Positions 6,445 through 6,596 of a stretch of DNA of 6,596 nucleotides are shown piece by piece. Position numbers and translations under genes: made by a program. The DNA lies in assembly GCA_009103225.1 (NCBI GenBank), contig RHPI01002290.1:1-6596 (forward strand), written 5' to 3'. Below the pieces are notes generated by a model, which ran no database searches, had not been told where the DNA came from, and was given only the letters and a program-made list of their open reading frames with translations. The DNA is from Chlorokybus atmophyticus (lineage: Eukaryota > Plantae > Mesostigma and Chlorokybus algae). Positions within the stretch are counted from its first letter, which is position 1. Each line of letters opens with the position of its first letter.

Positions 6445-6568
6445 CAATGGCTCTGTCGTACCATGGATGGTACGACAGAGCCATTGTAAGGCAATCGCTG
6501 GGGTTGGACGTGAGATGCCTCTGTCGTACCATAAATGTTACGACACAACCATTGGTAACAATGGTTGT
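6445..6568. repeat. Cluster of inverted repeats: perfect 20-bp-arm palindrome, a degenerate second copy, and a 10-bp hairpin
   Basis: caatggctctgtcgtaccat-gg-atggtacgacagagccattg (6445-6486). ctctgtcgtaccat-aa-atgttacgacacaaccattg (6519-6554). acaaccattg-gtaa-caatggttgt (6545-6568). Confidence 0.92.
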
Positions 6569-6596
6569 ACGAAGCATGCATGGCACGAATGCATAA

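Noticed and set aside
6445-6568. CRISPR array or rho-independent terminator
   Set aside because: Only two degenerate units with no regular repeat-spacer period, no U-tract, and a eukaryotic context.
1-6596. Calling the window a specific transposon or virus (Helitron, KDZ/Zisupton, Polinton, NCLDV)
   Set aside because: No transposase, Rep/helicase, integrase, polymerase or capsid sequence, and no paired termini within the window. Mobility remains an inference.

Overview
Eukaryotic DNA: short 73-114 nt GT-AG introns, and no sign of bacterial operon organisation. Every convincing coding signal is on the minus strand. The fragmented six-frame ORFs resolve by hand into two co-oriented spliced genes. 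Gene A (~6193->2342, 7 exons, ~1100 aa) reads: C2HC-like Zn finger, predicted helix/coiled coil, Pro/Gln-rich linker, OTU deubiquitinase, Pro/Ser linker with basic NLS, unknown helical region, C-terminal RING-like domain. That places a DUB and a putative E3 ligase in one polypeptide. Gene B (~1859->67, 3 exons, ~520 aa after repairing two probable assembly defects) reads: TRAF/C2HC-like Cys/His cluster, Tudor domain, then a compact C5-cytosine DNA methyltransferase of bacterial/phage type rather than a eukaryotic DNMT family. The two genes begin with a similar Zn-finger motif, and each has the palindrome GTACCAT-NN-ATGGTAC upstream. The locus looks like a self-contained ubiquitin/DNA-methylation chromatin cassette, possibly cargo of a mobile element, but no transposase or viral core gene is visible. 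All splice models are inferred by eye and need RNA-seq.
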